DNA of 64,000 nt from an uncultured Bacteroidales bacterium (GTDB lineage: Bacteria; Bacteroidota; Bacteroidia; Bacteroidales; JALTDM01), in NCBI GenBank assembly GCA_964421355.1, contig CAYQWX010000001.1:60673-124672 (forward strand), written 5' to 3'. Below, in pieces: positions 38,386 through 47,930 of this stretch (its first letter is position 1; every line of letters starts with the position of its first letter). The position numbers were made by a program, and so were the translations under genes. The notes under the pieces were generated by a model. It did not search any database and was not told where the DNA came from. It saw only the letters and a list, made by a program, of their open reading frames with translations.

Positions 38386-38630
38386 AAAAATATAAAACTT
38401 ACTTTAAACAAAGAAGTGTTTTTAGTTAATCCTGCGCTAAATGTTTTTTTAAGTTAAAATGTCATATTGATTATCATTAATTTATATTACATGGCAAAAA
38501 ACTCAAGACCCAAAGAAATTTTTATCAGGATTTTAAGCGGGTAGTGTATACGAAACGGTTGGGCTGTATAAACTACCTAACGAAAAGCCGTTAAGAGAAT
38601 ATACTTTGCTGTCTATAACCCAGTAGGTAA

Positions 38631-38758
38631 AAGCATCGTTTTGGAGCTTTTTCATTGGTTCGTTTTCTTTGTTGCCAAAAAGAAATGAACATGAAAGGAT
38701 TATAAAGAAAATTTTTTCTTTGCTATATCTTTTTTCTCTTGATGAAAAAAGTAGCTAA
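38631..38758 (-). repeat. copy A of a conserved intergenic element of about 128 nt
   Basis: The reverse complement aligns with 58408..58532. Shared blocks are GCTACTTTTTT, TAGCAAAGAAAA, TGTTCATTT and AACAAAGAAA(A)CGAACCAA. About three quarters of positions match in my hand alignment. Confidence 0.7.
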
Positions 38759-38786
38759 ATTAAAAAACAATTAGTGAAAATTACTT

Positions 38787-39575
38787 TTACTTTTTCTTAA
38801 AAGTATCCATCTGGTTGTCATAATTAAGGAAATATTCTCCTTTTTTAAGACCTGATACATCTACCTTATCGCCAAACCCTTTCTTTACTATATTCCCATA
38901 ATAGTCGTATATCTCATAAAGTGTTGGGCTGGAAAATTTGATTTCCGTCTCCACTTTCTTTGGTGAAAATGTTACAGGTGGTTGTTTTGAACGATATGTA
39001 AACTCTTTTGAATAATGAGGTTGTTTCGTGTAGTCTATTTGTTTTACTCTAAATTTATTCATTCCCGAATTTGGATGGACTTCCATAGAATAAGTGTGTG
39101 TTCCTGGAGTACCTTTACCATCTACAGTGCCAACTTTTATCCATTTATTCCAACGGTACTGTTCTACCACATAAGGTAAAGAACCTGCCTCATTTGTAGT
39201 AACCCATTTTAGAGTGTTTCCGTTTTCTATAGTCATTGTTTCAATTTTGAATGTACTTTTGGGTTTCAATACCTCCGGATTAAGAACCTTAGGAGTACAG
39301 TTATCTTTATGCTTAATTTCAACTTTCACCTTATCGCCAATCTTAAACTGATATACCGACAAATCAATTTCAAAGGCACTGGAATTAATTTCATCTGTAG
39401 TAACTTGTCCATTTACTCTTACTTCATATACACAAAACCCTATTCCCGAAGAAGCAAAGGGATTCATAACATATAGATTCTTTCCTTGATATACTCCTTC
39501 TACAACTATTTCTCCTGCAAAAACATTGATAATCAAGGATATAAACAATGAAAAAATAAAAATTTTCCTTACCAT
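38787..39575 (-). CDS. secreted hypothetical protein, possible T9SS-type C-terminal domain
   Basis: Signal peptide, beta-rich. The C-terminus (..YEIYDYYGNIVKKG..VSGLKKGEYFLNY..) resembles a sorting domain. Confidence 0.5.
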   Translation of the reverse strand: MVRKIFIFSLFISLIINVFAGEIVVEGVYQGKNLYVMNPFASSGIGFCVYEVRVNGQVTTDEINSSAFEIDLSVYQFKIGDKVKVEIKHKDNCTPKVLNPEVLKPKSTFKIETMTIENGNTLKWVTTNEAGSLPYVVEQYRWNKWIKVGTVDGKGTPGTHTYSMEVHPNSGMNKFRVKQIDYTKQPHYSKEFTYRSKQPPVTFSPKKVETEIKFSSPTLYEIYDYYGNIVKKGFGDKVDVSGLKKGEYFLNYDNQMDTFKKK

Positions 39576-39688
39576 TTTTATTATATTTTGATTTACGAAA
39601 GTAACACCAAATTTTTAATTATCAAAAATTTTTTTTCTCAGTTGTTAAAAAAAAGTTAAATTGCCAATGTTTTTTAAAAGTAAAAACG

Positions 39689-40756
39689 ATGAAAAGAACA
39701 TATTATATATTATTGATAATCACGTTATTTGCAATGTTTAGTTGTGAGAAAAAAAATATTCAGGAACATACTCCAAATATTGTAGATACGATTAAAATAA
39801 ACATTAGAAAAAATTATACAACATTATTTCCACCTTCTGTATTTGATGTTACATCTTCTCAGATTGTTACACAATTATACACTGGATTAGTAAGATATAA
39901 TCCCAAAAATTTAAAAATAGAACCATCCATTGCTAAAAGTTGGGACAAAAAAAATGATACTACTTATATATTTCATATTCGTAATGATGTGTATTTTGGA
40001 AGTTACCCGTCCATATTAGGAAACTCTCCCAAACAATTAAAAATGAAAGATATTTTATTTACTTTCCAAATATTATGTACACAGGTGCCTGAAAATAAAA
40101 ATTTTTACAGCTCAATGTGGAAAATACTCGGAGCCAAACAATATTATAACTCTCATAAAAAAATCTCACGAGATTTTAATATTCCGGGGATAAAAGCATT
40201 AAACGATTCAACATTACAAATAACAATAGAAGATAAAGATTTTCCGTTATTAAAAATACTTGCGACACCTGCTACTTACATTTTTTCAAAAGATGCTTAT
40301 AAAAAATTAGGAAACAAAACATATATTGGAGCAGGACCTTATATTTTAACAAATCCACAAGATTTGGATTTCAATGCAAAATATAATGATGAACCGAAAC
40401 CCTTATTCTTAAAATACAATCCATATTATTTTGTTTTTGACACAAAAGATTCGGTTTATTTACCTTATGTAAGTAATGTGAAAATATCTTTTATGAAAAG
40501 TGAAAAAAAAGAAATAGATATGCTTGGTAACAAGCAATTTGACATAGTGTGTAATGTACAAAAAAATAATTTAATACGCTTTTTAGAGTCTCATATAAAA
40601 GAAGTTAATAGCAATCCACCCGAATTTATAGTAACGAAAATAAGTAAAAATGTAGATAACTATGTAAATATTTATAGGTATTGTATTAAGAATTTTTATA
40701 GCAATGAATTATTTTTTGTAGATTTGTCGCAAGTTGAAAAAATAAAATGTAAGTAA
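39689..40756 (+). CDS. family-5 solute-binding-protein-like lipoprotein (short form)
   Basis: Lipobox ..MFSCEK. SBP_bac_5-like N-terminal pattern (LYTGLVRYNPKNLKIEPSIAKSW...YIFHIRNDVYF). Only 355 aa. Confidence 0.55.
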   Translation: MKRTYYILLIITLFAMFSCEKKNIQEHTPNIVDTIKINIRKNYTTLFPPSVFDVTSSQIVTQLYTGLVRYNPKNLKIEPSIAKSWDKKNDTTYIFHIRNDVYFGSYPSILGNSPKQLKMKDILFTFQILCTQVPENKNFYSSMWKILGAKQYYNSHKKISRDFNIPGIKALNDSTLQITIEDKDFPLLKILATPATYIFSKDAYKKLGNKTYIGAGPYILTNPQDLDFNAKYNDEPKPLFLKYNPYYFVFDTKDSVYLPYVSNVKISFMKSEKKEIDMLGNKQFDIVCNVQKNNLIRFLESHIKEVNSNPPEFIVTKISKNVDNYVNIYRYCIKNFYSNELFFVDLSQVEKIKCK

Positions 40757-40758
40757 AA

Positions 40759-41955
40759 ATGAAGAAAATTTTATTATTAACATTAGTTATTAGTTTATCT
40801 TTTTTAGGCATTGCTCAAGTTCAAGTAGATACTATCGGAGCATATATTATTAAGGTGGATAAAAAACTTCCTGCCACATCGGTAAAAAATCAATATCGTT
40901 CAGGCACATGCTGGAGCTTTTCGGGAATATCATTTTTAGAATCCGAATTGCTAAGAATGAAAAAAGGAACTTATGATCTATCGGAAATGTATGTAGTAAG
41001 ACATGTTTATTCCGACAAGGCAGAAAAATATGTAAGACTTCACGGACATTTAAACTTTGGCTCGGGAGGAGCATTTCATGATGTAACTTATGTGTTAAAA
41101 AATTATGGCATAGTTCCCGAAAAAGTTTATACAGGACTTAATTACGGAGAACCCAAACACGTTCACATGGAAATGGATAAAGTATTGAAAAATTTTGTAG
41201 ATGCGATTGTTGAAGATCCTAATAAAAAGCTTACTACTGTATGGCATCAAGCTTTTGATAAAATACTCGATACATATTTAGGAGAAGATCCTAAAGAATT
41301 TACTTATAAAGGGAAAAAATATACTCCAAAATCATTCCTCCAAAGTCTTGGACTTAATCCCGATGATTATATAGAAATAACATCTTTCTCTCATCATCCG
41401 TTTTATCAAAAATTTGCAATAGAACTACCAGACAACTGGTTGTGGTATCAAGACTACAATGTTCCATTGGATGATTTAATCAAAATAATAGATAATGCAA
41501 TAAACAGTGGCTACACAGTAGCATGGGCAAGCGATGTAAGTGAACCTGGGTTCCTTTGGAGAAAAGGTATAGCAATATTACCTGACAAAGAACATCAAGA
41601 AACAAAGGGAATGGAAGTTGATAAATGGGTTAAAATGGATAGGAAAGAAAAACAAGATTATCTATATAGCCTAAAACAAATAGTAAAAGAAGTTAATGTA
41701 ACCCAAGAAAGCAGACAACGTGATTTTGATGACTACAAAACTACAGATGACCACGGTATGCACATAATAGGTATTGCTCACGATCAAAAAGGCAATAAAT
41801 ATTATTTGGTAAAAAACTCTTGGGGAACAGACAATAATCCGTTACATGGATATTTTTATGCATCAGAAGCTTTTGTAAAAGATAAAACAACTGCTATAAT
41901 GGTATACAAAGATGCCATTCCAAAAGAAATAAAACAAAAATTAAAAATTAAATAA
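40759..41955 (+). CDS. pepC: C1-family cysteine aminopeptidase (PepC/bleomycin-hydrolase-like) with signal peptide
   Basis: VKNQYRSGTCWSFSG (catalytic Cys), ..DHGMHIIG.. (His), LVKNSWG. Confidence 0.8.
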   Translation: MKKILLLTLVISLSFLGIAQVQVDTIGAYIIKVDKKLPATSVKNQYRSGTCWSFSGISFLESELLRMKKGTYDLSEMYVVRHVYSDKAEKYVRLHGHLNFGSGGAFHDVTYVLKNYGIVPEKVYTGLNYGEPKHVHMEMDKVLKNFVDAIVEDPNKKLTTVWHQAFDKILDTYLGEDPKEFTYKGKKYTPKSFLQSLGLNPDDYIEITSFSHHPFYQKFAIELPDNWLWYQDYNVPLDDLIKIIDNAINSGYTVAWASDVSEPGFLWRKGIAILPDKEHQETKGMEVDKWVKMDRKEKQDYLYSLKQIVKEVNVTQESRQRDFDDYKTTDDHGMHIIGIAHDQKGNKYYLVKNSWGTDNNPLHGYFYASEAFVKDKTTAIMVYKDAIPKEIKQKLKIK

Positions 41956-41974
41956 TCATTACACAAAAATGTAG

Positions 41975-41982
41975 TATATTTG
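41975..41982 (+). promoter_or_regulatory. -7 box (TATATTTG) for SRP RNA
   Basis: TAnnTTTG about 13 nt upstream of the predicted RNA 5' end. Confidence 0.45.
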
Positions 41983-41994
41983 CACCACTAAAAG

Positions 41995-42095
41995 ATGGGC
42001 GAGTCTTATACGACCAGCTCCTGCCTAATCCCCCAGGTCTGGAAGGAAGCAAGGGTACGGTGGTTGAGCGGTGCGATATAAGTAGCTCGCCCTCC
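41995..42095 (+). ncRNA. ffs: signal recognition particle RNA (small bacterial 4.5S type)
   Basis: Conserved domain IV core CCAGGTCTGGAAGGAAGCAAGGGTA. Terminal helix GGGCGAG/CTCGCCC, followed by TTTTTT. Confidence 0.85.
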
Positions 42096-42157
42096 TTTTT
42101 TATACCTACATTAAGGTATTTTAAGTGACAATAAGTCATTCATAAACAAAATTGCAT

Positions 42158-42165
42158 TATTTTTG
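42158..42165 (+). promoter_or_regulatory. -7 box (TATTTTTG) for the thioredoxin gene
   Basis: TAnnTTTG, 36 nt upstream of the ATG at 42202. Its TTG is the ORF-track start. Confidence 0.4.
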
Positions 42166-42201
42166 CAATACCATTTCACAAATAATAAAAAATATAAAAC
42201 T

Positions 42202-42576
42202 ATGGCATTAGAACATTTAACAAAAGAAACTTTTTTAGAAAAAGTATTTGATTACGAAAAAGAATCTGAATGGAAATACAAAGGAGATAAACCTGCAATG
42301 ATTGATTTTTATGCAGACTGGTGTCAACCTTGTAAAATCGTAGCACCTATCCTTGAAGAATTACAAGAAGAATATGGCGACGAATTGGTAATCTACAAAA
42401 TTGATACAGAAGACCAACAAGAACTTGCGGCTATCTTTGGTATAAGAAATATTCCTTCTTTACTATTTATACCTAAAGAAGGACAACCTCAAATGGCAGT
42501 AGGAGCATTACCAAAAGAAACATTGATCAAAGCTATTGAAGACGTATTAGGAGTAAAACATCCTAAAACAGCTTAA
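42202..42576 (+). CDS. trxA: thioredoxin
   Basis: WCQPCK active site; about 124 aa from the ATG at 42202. Confidence 0.85.
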   Translation: MALEHLTKETFLEKVFDYEKESEWKYKGDKPAMIDFYADWCQPCKIVAPILEELQEEYGDELVIYKIDTEDQQELAAIFGIRNIPSLLFIPKEGQPQMAVGALPKETLIKAIEDVLGVKHPKTA

Positions 42577-42602
42577 TAAGCGTTATTTCAAAACTATTAT
42601 AA

Positions 42603-42640
42603 AAAAGTTCCTGTGATTATTAATAGGAACTTTTTTATTT
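42603..42640 (+). terminator. intrinsic terminator after the thioredoxin gene
   Basis: AAAAGTTCCT..AGGAACTTTT stem followed by a T-run. Confidence 0.65.
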
Positions 42641-42710
42641 TTTTATAATAAAAACTATTGCTAATTAAAAAAAAAGTGTCATATTTGCACTCCCTAAAAA
42701 ATAAAGAAAA

Positions 42711-42947
42711 ATGTCACGAGTTTGTCAAATAACAGGGAAAAGAACTATAAGCGGCAACAATGTAGCACACTCAAACAAGCGAACAAAAAGAAAATTTTAT
42801 CCTAACTTGTTTGAAAAAAGATTTTACATCCCTGAAGAAAAAAGATGGATAACATTAAAAGTATCAGCTGCTGGTATCAGAACTATTAACAAAATAGGTA
42901 TTAGTGCCGCTCTAAAAAAAGCAAAAGAAGCAGGATACATTAAATAA
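42711..42947 (+). CDS. rpmB: 50S ribosomal protein L28
   Basis: [30 protein letters not shown]. Confidence 0.9.
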   Translation: MSRVCQITGKRTISGNNVAHSNKRTKRKFYPNLFEKRFYIPEEKRWITLKVSAAGIRTINKIGISAALKKAKEAGYIK

Positions 42948-42962
42948 TGGAGGATACAAAAA

Positions 42963-43154
42963 ATGGCTAAAAAAGGAAAAAAAGGTAATAGAGTGCAAGT
43001 AATCTTGGAATGCACAGAACAAAAAAAGACAGGAGTGCCAGGTATATCAAGATATATAACGACCAAAAACAAAAAAAATACTCCCGAACGTTTGGAATTG
43101 CGTAAGTATAATCCATATTTGAAAAAATATACTATTCATAAAGAAATAAAATAA
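42963..43154 (+). CDS. rpmG: 50S ribosomal protein L33
   Basis: [41 protein letters not shown]. Confidence 0.9.
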   Translation: MAKKGKKGNRVQVILECTEQKKTGVPGISRYITTKNKKNTPERLELRKYNPYLKKYTIHKEIK

Positions 43155-43166
43155 AATATTTGAGTC

Positions 43167-43322
43167 ATGGCTAAAAAGGTAGTAGCAACATTGCAAACAG
43201 GTGCAGGTAAAAACTTTGCAAAAGTTATAAAAATGGTTAAAAACAAAAAAGGCGCCTATCAATTTAAAGAAACAATAGTACATGTAGATCATGTAAAAGA
43301 TTTCTTTGCTAATAAAAAATAA
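43167..43322 (+). CDS. DUF4295 family small protein (51 aa; absent from the ORF track)
   Basis: My own translation is MAKKVVATLQTGAGKNFAKVIKMVKNKKGAYQFKETIVHVDHVKDFFANKK. Its position after rpmB-rpmG matches conserved Bacteroidota synteny. Confidence 0.7.
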   Translation: MAKKVVATLQTGAGKNFAKVIKMVKNKKGAYQFKETIVHVDHVKDFFANKK

Positions 43323-43361
43323 ACATATTATACTTATTAAAAAAGTAAGTAATGAAAAACT

Positions 43362-43394
43362 AAGCTTTCTCCAACAGAGGGGAAGGCTTTTTTT
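43362..43394 (+). terminator. intrinsic terminator after the rpmB-rpmG-DUF4295 unit
   Basis: 11-bp stem AAGCTTTCTCC/GGGGAAGGCTT (two G-U pairs) followed by TTTTTTT. Confidence 0.55.
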
Positions 43395-43417
43395 GTATTT
43401 TATAAAAACAAACAAAA

Positions 43418-44374
43418 ATGGGACTATTTGATTTTTTATCCAAAAAGAAAGATGAAAAACGCTTACAAGAAGGACTTGGAAAAACCAAAGAAAGCGTTTT
43501 CAAAAAAATTACAAGAGTCGTAGTAGGTAAATCAAAAATAGATGACAGCTTTCTTGATGAATTAGAAGAAATTTTAATATCATCAGATGTAGGAGTAGAT
43601 ACTACCATAAAAATAATAGATAGACTACAAGATAGAATAGCAAAAGAAAAATATTTAAATGCAGATGAACTATCAACAATATTAGAAGAAGAAATAACAA
43701 ATCTTCTTGAAGAAAATGAAGATAGTAGCCCAAAACAAATACTGGAAAACCAAAAGATAAAACCGTATGTAATAATGGTGGTGGGAGTAAACGGAGTAGG
43801 AAAAACAACCACTATTGGCAAATTAGCCTATATGTTTTCGCAAGCAGGGAAAAAAGTTTATATAGGTGCTGCCGATACATTTAGAGCTGCAGCAATAAAC
43901 CAATTATCTGTATGGGCAGATAGATCTGGATCTACTATGGTAAAACAAAAAATGGGTGCAGACCCTGCTGCAGTAGCTTTTGATACACTAAATGCAGCAA
44001 AAAGCAATAATGCGGATATAGTACTTATAGATACAGCAGGACGCCTACACAATAAAATAAACTTAATGAATGAACTCTCAAAAATAAGAAGAGTAATGTC
44101 AAAAGTTATACCTGATGCCCCTCACGAAGTATTACTCGTATTGGATGCATCTACTGGTCAAAACGCTTTTGAGCAAGCTAAACAATTCACAAAAGCAACA
44201 GAAGTTACATCACTTGCAATAACAAAACTTGACGGCACAGCCAAAGGTGGAGTTGTAATTGGTATATCAGACCAATTCAAAATACCTGTAAAATACATCG
44301 GAGTTGGAGAAAAAATAGATGACTTGCAGATATTTGACAAAAAAATGTTTGTAAAAGCATTATTTGAAAAATAA
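43418..44374 (+). CDS. ftsY: signal recognition particle receptor FtsY
   Basis: NG domain motifs GVNGVGKTTTIGKLA, DTAGRL and TKLDGTAKGG. Confidence 0.92.
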   Translation: MGLFDFLSKKKDEKRLQEGLGKTKESVFKKITRVVVGKSKIDDSFLDELEEILISSDVGVDTTIKIIDRLQDRIAKEKYLNADELSTILEEEITNLLEENEDSSPKQILENQKIKPYVIMVVGVNGVGKTTTIGKLAYMFSQAGKKVYIGAADTFRAAAINQLSVWADRSGSTMVKQKMGADPAAVAFDTLNAAKSNNADIVLIDTAGRLHNKINLMNELSKIRRVMSKVIPDAPHEVLLVLDASTGQNAFEQAKQFTKATEVTSLAITKLDGTAKGGVVIGISDQFKIPVKYIGVGEKIDDLQIFDKKMFVKALFEK

Positions 44375-44410
44375 AAATTATTCAGCTATTACATGTAAGT
44401 AAAATTTTAA

Positions 44411-44418
44411 TAAATTTG
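44411..44418 (+). promoter_or_regulatory. -7 box (TAAATTTG) for sucD
   Basis: TAnnTTTG, 30 nt upstream of the ATG at 44448. Confidence 0.4.
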
Positions 44419-44447
44419 AACTTGAAAAAACATTAAAATATTTAATT

Positions 44448-45335
44448 ATGAGTATTCTTGTAAACAAACACAGCAAAGTAATCGTTCAAGGATTTACAGG
44501 TAGTGAAGGTTCTTTCCATGCACAACAAATGATAGAATATGGCACAAACATAGTAGGAGGCGTTACTCCAGGTAAAGGAGGACAAACTCATTTAGGTAAG
44601 CCGGTATTTAATACGGTAGAAGATGCTGTAAAAGAAACGGGAGCAGATACATCGGTAATATTTGTGCCACCTGCTTTTGCTGCAGATGCTATAATGGAAG
44701 CTGCTAATGCCGGTATAAAGCTTATAGTAACTATTACAGAAGGTATTCCTGTAGAAGATATGGTAAAAGTAAAAGAATATCTGTCAGATAAAGAGTCTCG
44801 TATGATAGGACCTAACTGTCCGGGAATTATTACCCCTGAAGAAGCCAAAATAGGAATAATGCCGGGATTTATATTCTCAAAAGGTAATATCGGAGTAATA
44901 TCTCGTTCAGGTACATTAACTTATGAAGCAGTAGATCAATTAACAAAATTAGGGTTAGGACAAAGCACTGCAATAGGAATAGGTGGAGATCCTATTATTG
45001 GAACTACAACATTGGATGCAGTGAAAATGTTTATGGATGACCCCGATACCGAAGGTATAGTTCTTATTGGTGAAATAGGGGGAACTATGGAAACAGAAGC
45101 TGCAGAATGGATAAAAGAACACGGTACTAAACCCGTAGTAGGTTTTATAGCAGGCCAAACAGCACCTAAAGGTAGGAGAATGGGACATGCAGGAGCTATA
45201 ATCGGTGGAAAAGACGATACCGCACAAGCAAAAATGAAAAAGATGGAAGAATGTGGCATCTATGTTGTAAAATCTCCGGCAGAAATTGGAGTGACAATGA
45301 AAAAAGCATTAGAAGAAGCTAAAAAAACAGTATAA
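44448..45335 (+). CDS. sucD: succinate--CoA ligase subunit alpha
   Basis: [20 protein letters not shown], phosphohistidine region GHAGAII. Confidence 0.92.
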   Translation: MSILVNKHSKVIVQGFTGSEGSFHAQQMIEYGTNIVGGVTPGKGGQTHLGKPVFNTVEDAVKETGADTSVIFVPPAFAADAIMEAANAGIKLIVTITEGIPVEDMVKVKEYLSDKESRMIGPNCPGIITPEEAKIGIMPGFIFSKGNIGVISRSGTLTYEAVDQLTKLGLGQSTAIGIGGDPIIGTTTLDAVKMFMDDPDTEGIVLIGEIGGTMETEAAEWIKEHGTKPVVGFIAGQTAPKGRRMGHAGAIIGGKDDTAQAKMKKMEECGIYVVKSPAEIGVTMKKALEEAKKTV

Positions 45336-45361
45336 ATACAATATTGTATAAATAAAGAAAT

Positions 45362-45410
45362 GAGGCTGTCTAAAAAACCGATATATCTAAATAGGCAGCC
45401 TCTTTTTTTT
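45362..45410 (+). terminator. probable intrinsic terminator after sucD
   Basis: GAGGCTG..CAGCCTC stem (long loop) followed by TTTTTTTT. Confidence 0.5.
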
Positions 45411-45613
45411 GTATTAAAAAAAGAATATGAAAAAAACAATTTGTCAATAATCTCTTTTAATAAATTATAATAAAACCGATTTTCAAGAAATATAATTAAG
45501 ATTACCCATCCTTTTTATACTTGTATTACGAAGAAATATGTTGTAAAGTTAAGCACATGATAGTATCTCAAAAAACTTAATATGCACACCTTTTAGGATA
45601 CTACCACTTTTGT

Positions 45614-46963
45614 TTAACCAAGTATTAAATAAGCAATACTCAAAAATATTCCGGTACCAATAATATCTGCCAGTGTTGTAATAAGAGGAGTACTTGCTGT
45701 TGCAGGATCTTTCTTGAATTTAGCAAAAATAAATGGAAGTAAGATGCCTATTAAACTACCAATGATAACATTTACAATCATAGAAATAACAACAACCTCT
45801 GCAATTATTATATTTTTACCTCTTATTATACCCATAACTGATATTCCTAAGCCCATTGTAATTCCAATTAGACCGGCAACTAAAAATTCTTTACCAAATA
45901 AATATAACCAATCCTTTTTTTCTACTGTTCCAAGAGCTAAAGCACGAATTACTAAGGTTGCAGACTGACTACCTGCATTTCCTGCAGTATCAACTAATAC
46001 CGGTAAAAATGTAACCAATACAACATATTTTGCAATTGTTGCCTCAAATCCTTGAATAATTCCTCCTGTCAACAAGTCCATTAAAAGTAAGGCAAATAAC
46101 CATGTAATTCTACTTTTATATATTTTACTGATTGATATATCCTTTAAATTAGTAATGAAATTTAAGTCTTTATTCTCAACATCAACAGCTCCTATCTTTG
46201 CAAAATCTTCTGTGTTTTCTTCTTGTATTGCATCTAAAATATCATCAATTGTAACAATTCCTAAAAACACATTATCCGAATCTATAATAGGGAGAGCAAC
46301 AAGGTCATACTTTTTAAATAGTTTAATAGCTCTTTCTTTGTCTTCAGTTGCCTTCAATGCAATGAAATGATTATCCATTATATCTCTTACGGTTTCATTC
46401 TTATCTGCTAAAATAATTCTTCTAATTGGTATATCATCAAGTAATTTCCAATGCTCATCAACAACATAAACCATATTAATAGTTTCGGCATCTTTTCCCC
46501 ATTTTTTTATGTGTTTTATTGCTTTGTCAATACTCCAATCTGGCTTTAATGCAACATACTCAGTTGTTATCATTCTACCCACACTATCTTCAGGGAAATC
46601 CAAAAATCTTAATATCAATTTTCTTTGATCAGATGTTAAAAAGTTTAATAGTTTTTGTGTTAGTTTAGGAGATAATTCTTCCAATAATTCCGTCTTTTCA
46701 TCAGAGTTCAGTTCGTCTAGAAGAGACTTAATTTGTTCGTCAGTAAAATTATTAAGAATCTCTAATTGCTTTTCTTTGTCAAGTTCAGAAAAAATATCAG
46801 CTTGTTTTTCTTTGGGTAATAATCTTAAAATAATTAAAATATCTGCCGAAGATAAAGACCTTATCAAATTTACAATATCACTTACAGGAAGTTTTATAAT
46901 ATATTTTTTTAGTTCTTCCCATTCTCTATTTTCAACCAGTTTTTTGAATTTTATATCCTTCAT
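45614..46963 (-). CDS. mgtE: magnesium transporter MgtE
   Basis: MgtE N-domain, tandem CBS domains, C-terminal 5-TM domain (..DTAGNAGSQS..). Confidence 0.9.
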   Translation of the reverse strand: MKDIKFKKLVENREWEELKKYIIKLPVSDIVNLIRSLSSADILIILRLLPKEKQADIFSELDKEKQLEILNNFTDEQIKSLLDELNSDEKTELLEELSPKLTQKLLNFLTSDQRKLILRFLDFPEDSVGRMITTEYVALKPDWSIDKAIKHIKKWGKDAETINMVYVVDEHWKLLDDIPIRRIILADKNETVRDIMDNHFIALKATEDKERAIKLFKKYDLVALPIIDSDNVFLGIVTIDDILDAIQEENTEDFAKIGAVDVENKDLNFITNLKDISISKIYKSRITWLFALLLMDLLTGGIIQGFEATIAKYVVLVTFLPVLVDTAGNAGSQSATLVIRALALGTVEKKDWLYLFGKEFLVAGLIGITMGLGISVMGIIRGKNIIIAEVVVISMIVNVIIGSLIGILLPFIFAKFKKDPATASTPLITTLADIIGTGIFLSIAYLILG

Positions 46964-47172
46964 ATTGATATATATAAATACCTTAAATTGATAATTTTAA
47001 GTTGTGCAGTATATCTATTATTTCATATACTATTTGACAAATGTATAATATTTTTTGTTATAATCTCTTCCCCAATAATACAGTGAGAATAATTAACTTC
47101 AAAGTTATAAAAATGTTTTATTGTTTTGAGAAACTATTTATCTGATTATCAGGGTGTAGGATAGTGTTTGTG

Positions 47173-47820
47173 CTACACCTTTTCTACTATTTTCTTGTAT
47201 AATAAATATGAATAAATAACGGGAGTTACAATTATTATTACAGTAATTATAATAAATAAAATAAAGGCAAGTTGTTTATCTAAAAGTAAACTTAAAAATA
47301 CTATGAGTATTCCACCAATAAACCATATTTTCCCTCCTAATTTCTGAGTTTTTTCCCAAACTATTTCACTTTCTAATGTCCATGGGGTTCTAATTCCAAT
47401 AAAATAATTTACTTTAATAAACTTCAAATAATTACCTAATATAATATATACAAGTCCTATTAGCAATACTATATAATTGTTATTTGCAAATGATTGGTTT
47501 TTTGCAGAATAAATAATGAATAATGCCAAAATTGACATAAAAGTGGTAAGTAGTATTTTCATTTGCTGATATTTATTACACATTTTTCTAATTCTATTTT
47601 TAGGATCTATTTTGGGGATAATAAGAAGTATTATGTATATCAATAGTGGTAATAAAATAGGTATTAGCAATAATTCGGACTTATTACCGAATCTATCAAT
47701 TTCTCCTTTTATGTTCCAGTGTATTGGCACCTTTTCTGGAAGTTTATTCCATATATATGCTAAATATATAAAAGGAAGTGCTACAACTGTTATTATCGGA
47801 ATTTCTTTTTTTATATTCAT
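47173..47820 (-). CDS. DUF1648/SdpI-family membrane protein
   Basis: LPEKVPIHWNIKGEIDRFGNK (DUF1648) and NYFIGIRTPWTLESEIVWEKT (SdpI-like). Confidence 0.7.
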   Translation of the reverse strand: MNIKKEIPIITVVALPFIYLAYIWNKLPEKVPIHWNIKGEIDRFGNKSELLLIPILLPLLIYIILLIIPKIDPKNRIRKMCNKYQQMKILLTTFMSILALFIIYSAKNQSFANNNYIVLLIGLVYIILGNYLKFIKVNYFIGIRTPWTLESEIVWEKTQKLGGKIWFIGGILIVFLSLLLDKQLAFILFIIITVIIIVTPVIYSYLLYKKIVEKV

Positions 47821-47930
47821 AATTTATATCTTAAAATTAGTTTCCCAACGCTACATTTATTTTATCTAAAAAAAGGGCAATCCTTTTTGGAAGCCCCTTT
47901 TTATTTATAATATATAGTGTGTTTGAACTC

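Noticed and set aside
36764-39575. tRNA-adjacent region considered as a genomic-island integration site
   Set aside because: There is no integrase, transposase or phage gene. By eye I saw no direct repeat of either tRNA 3' end nearby.
41948-42139. 63-aa minus-strand ORF
   Set aside because: It overlaps the SRP RNA gene, whose conserved domain IV motif and terminal helix explain the sequence.
44448-45335. sucD without an adjacent sucC, considered as an anomaly
   Set aside because: To my knowledge, separation of sucC and sucD is common in Bacteroidota. The gene looks intact, with its own promoter box and terminator.
46964-47172. M-box (Mg2+) riboswitch upstream of mgtE
   Set aside because: The 209-nt leader is extremely AT-rich. 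It lacks the conserved G/C-rich M-box segments I looked for.
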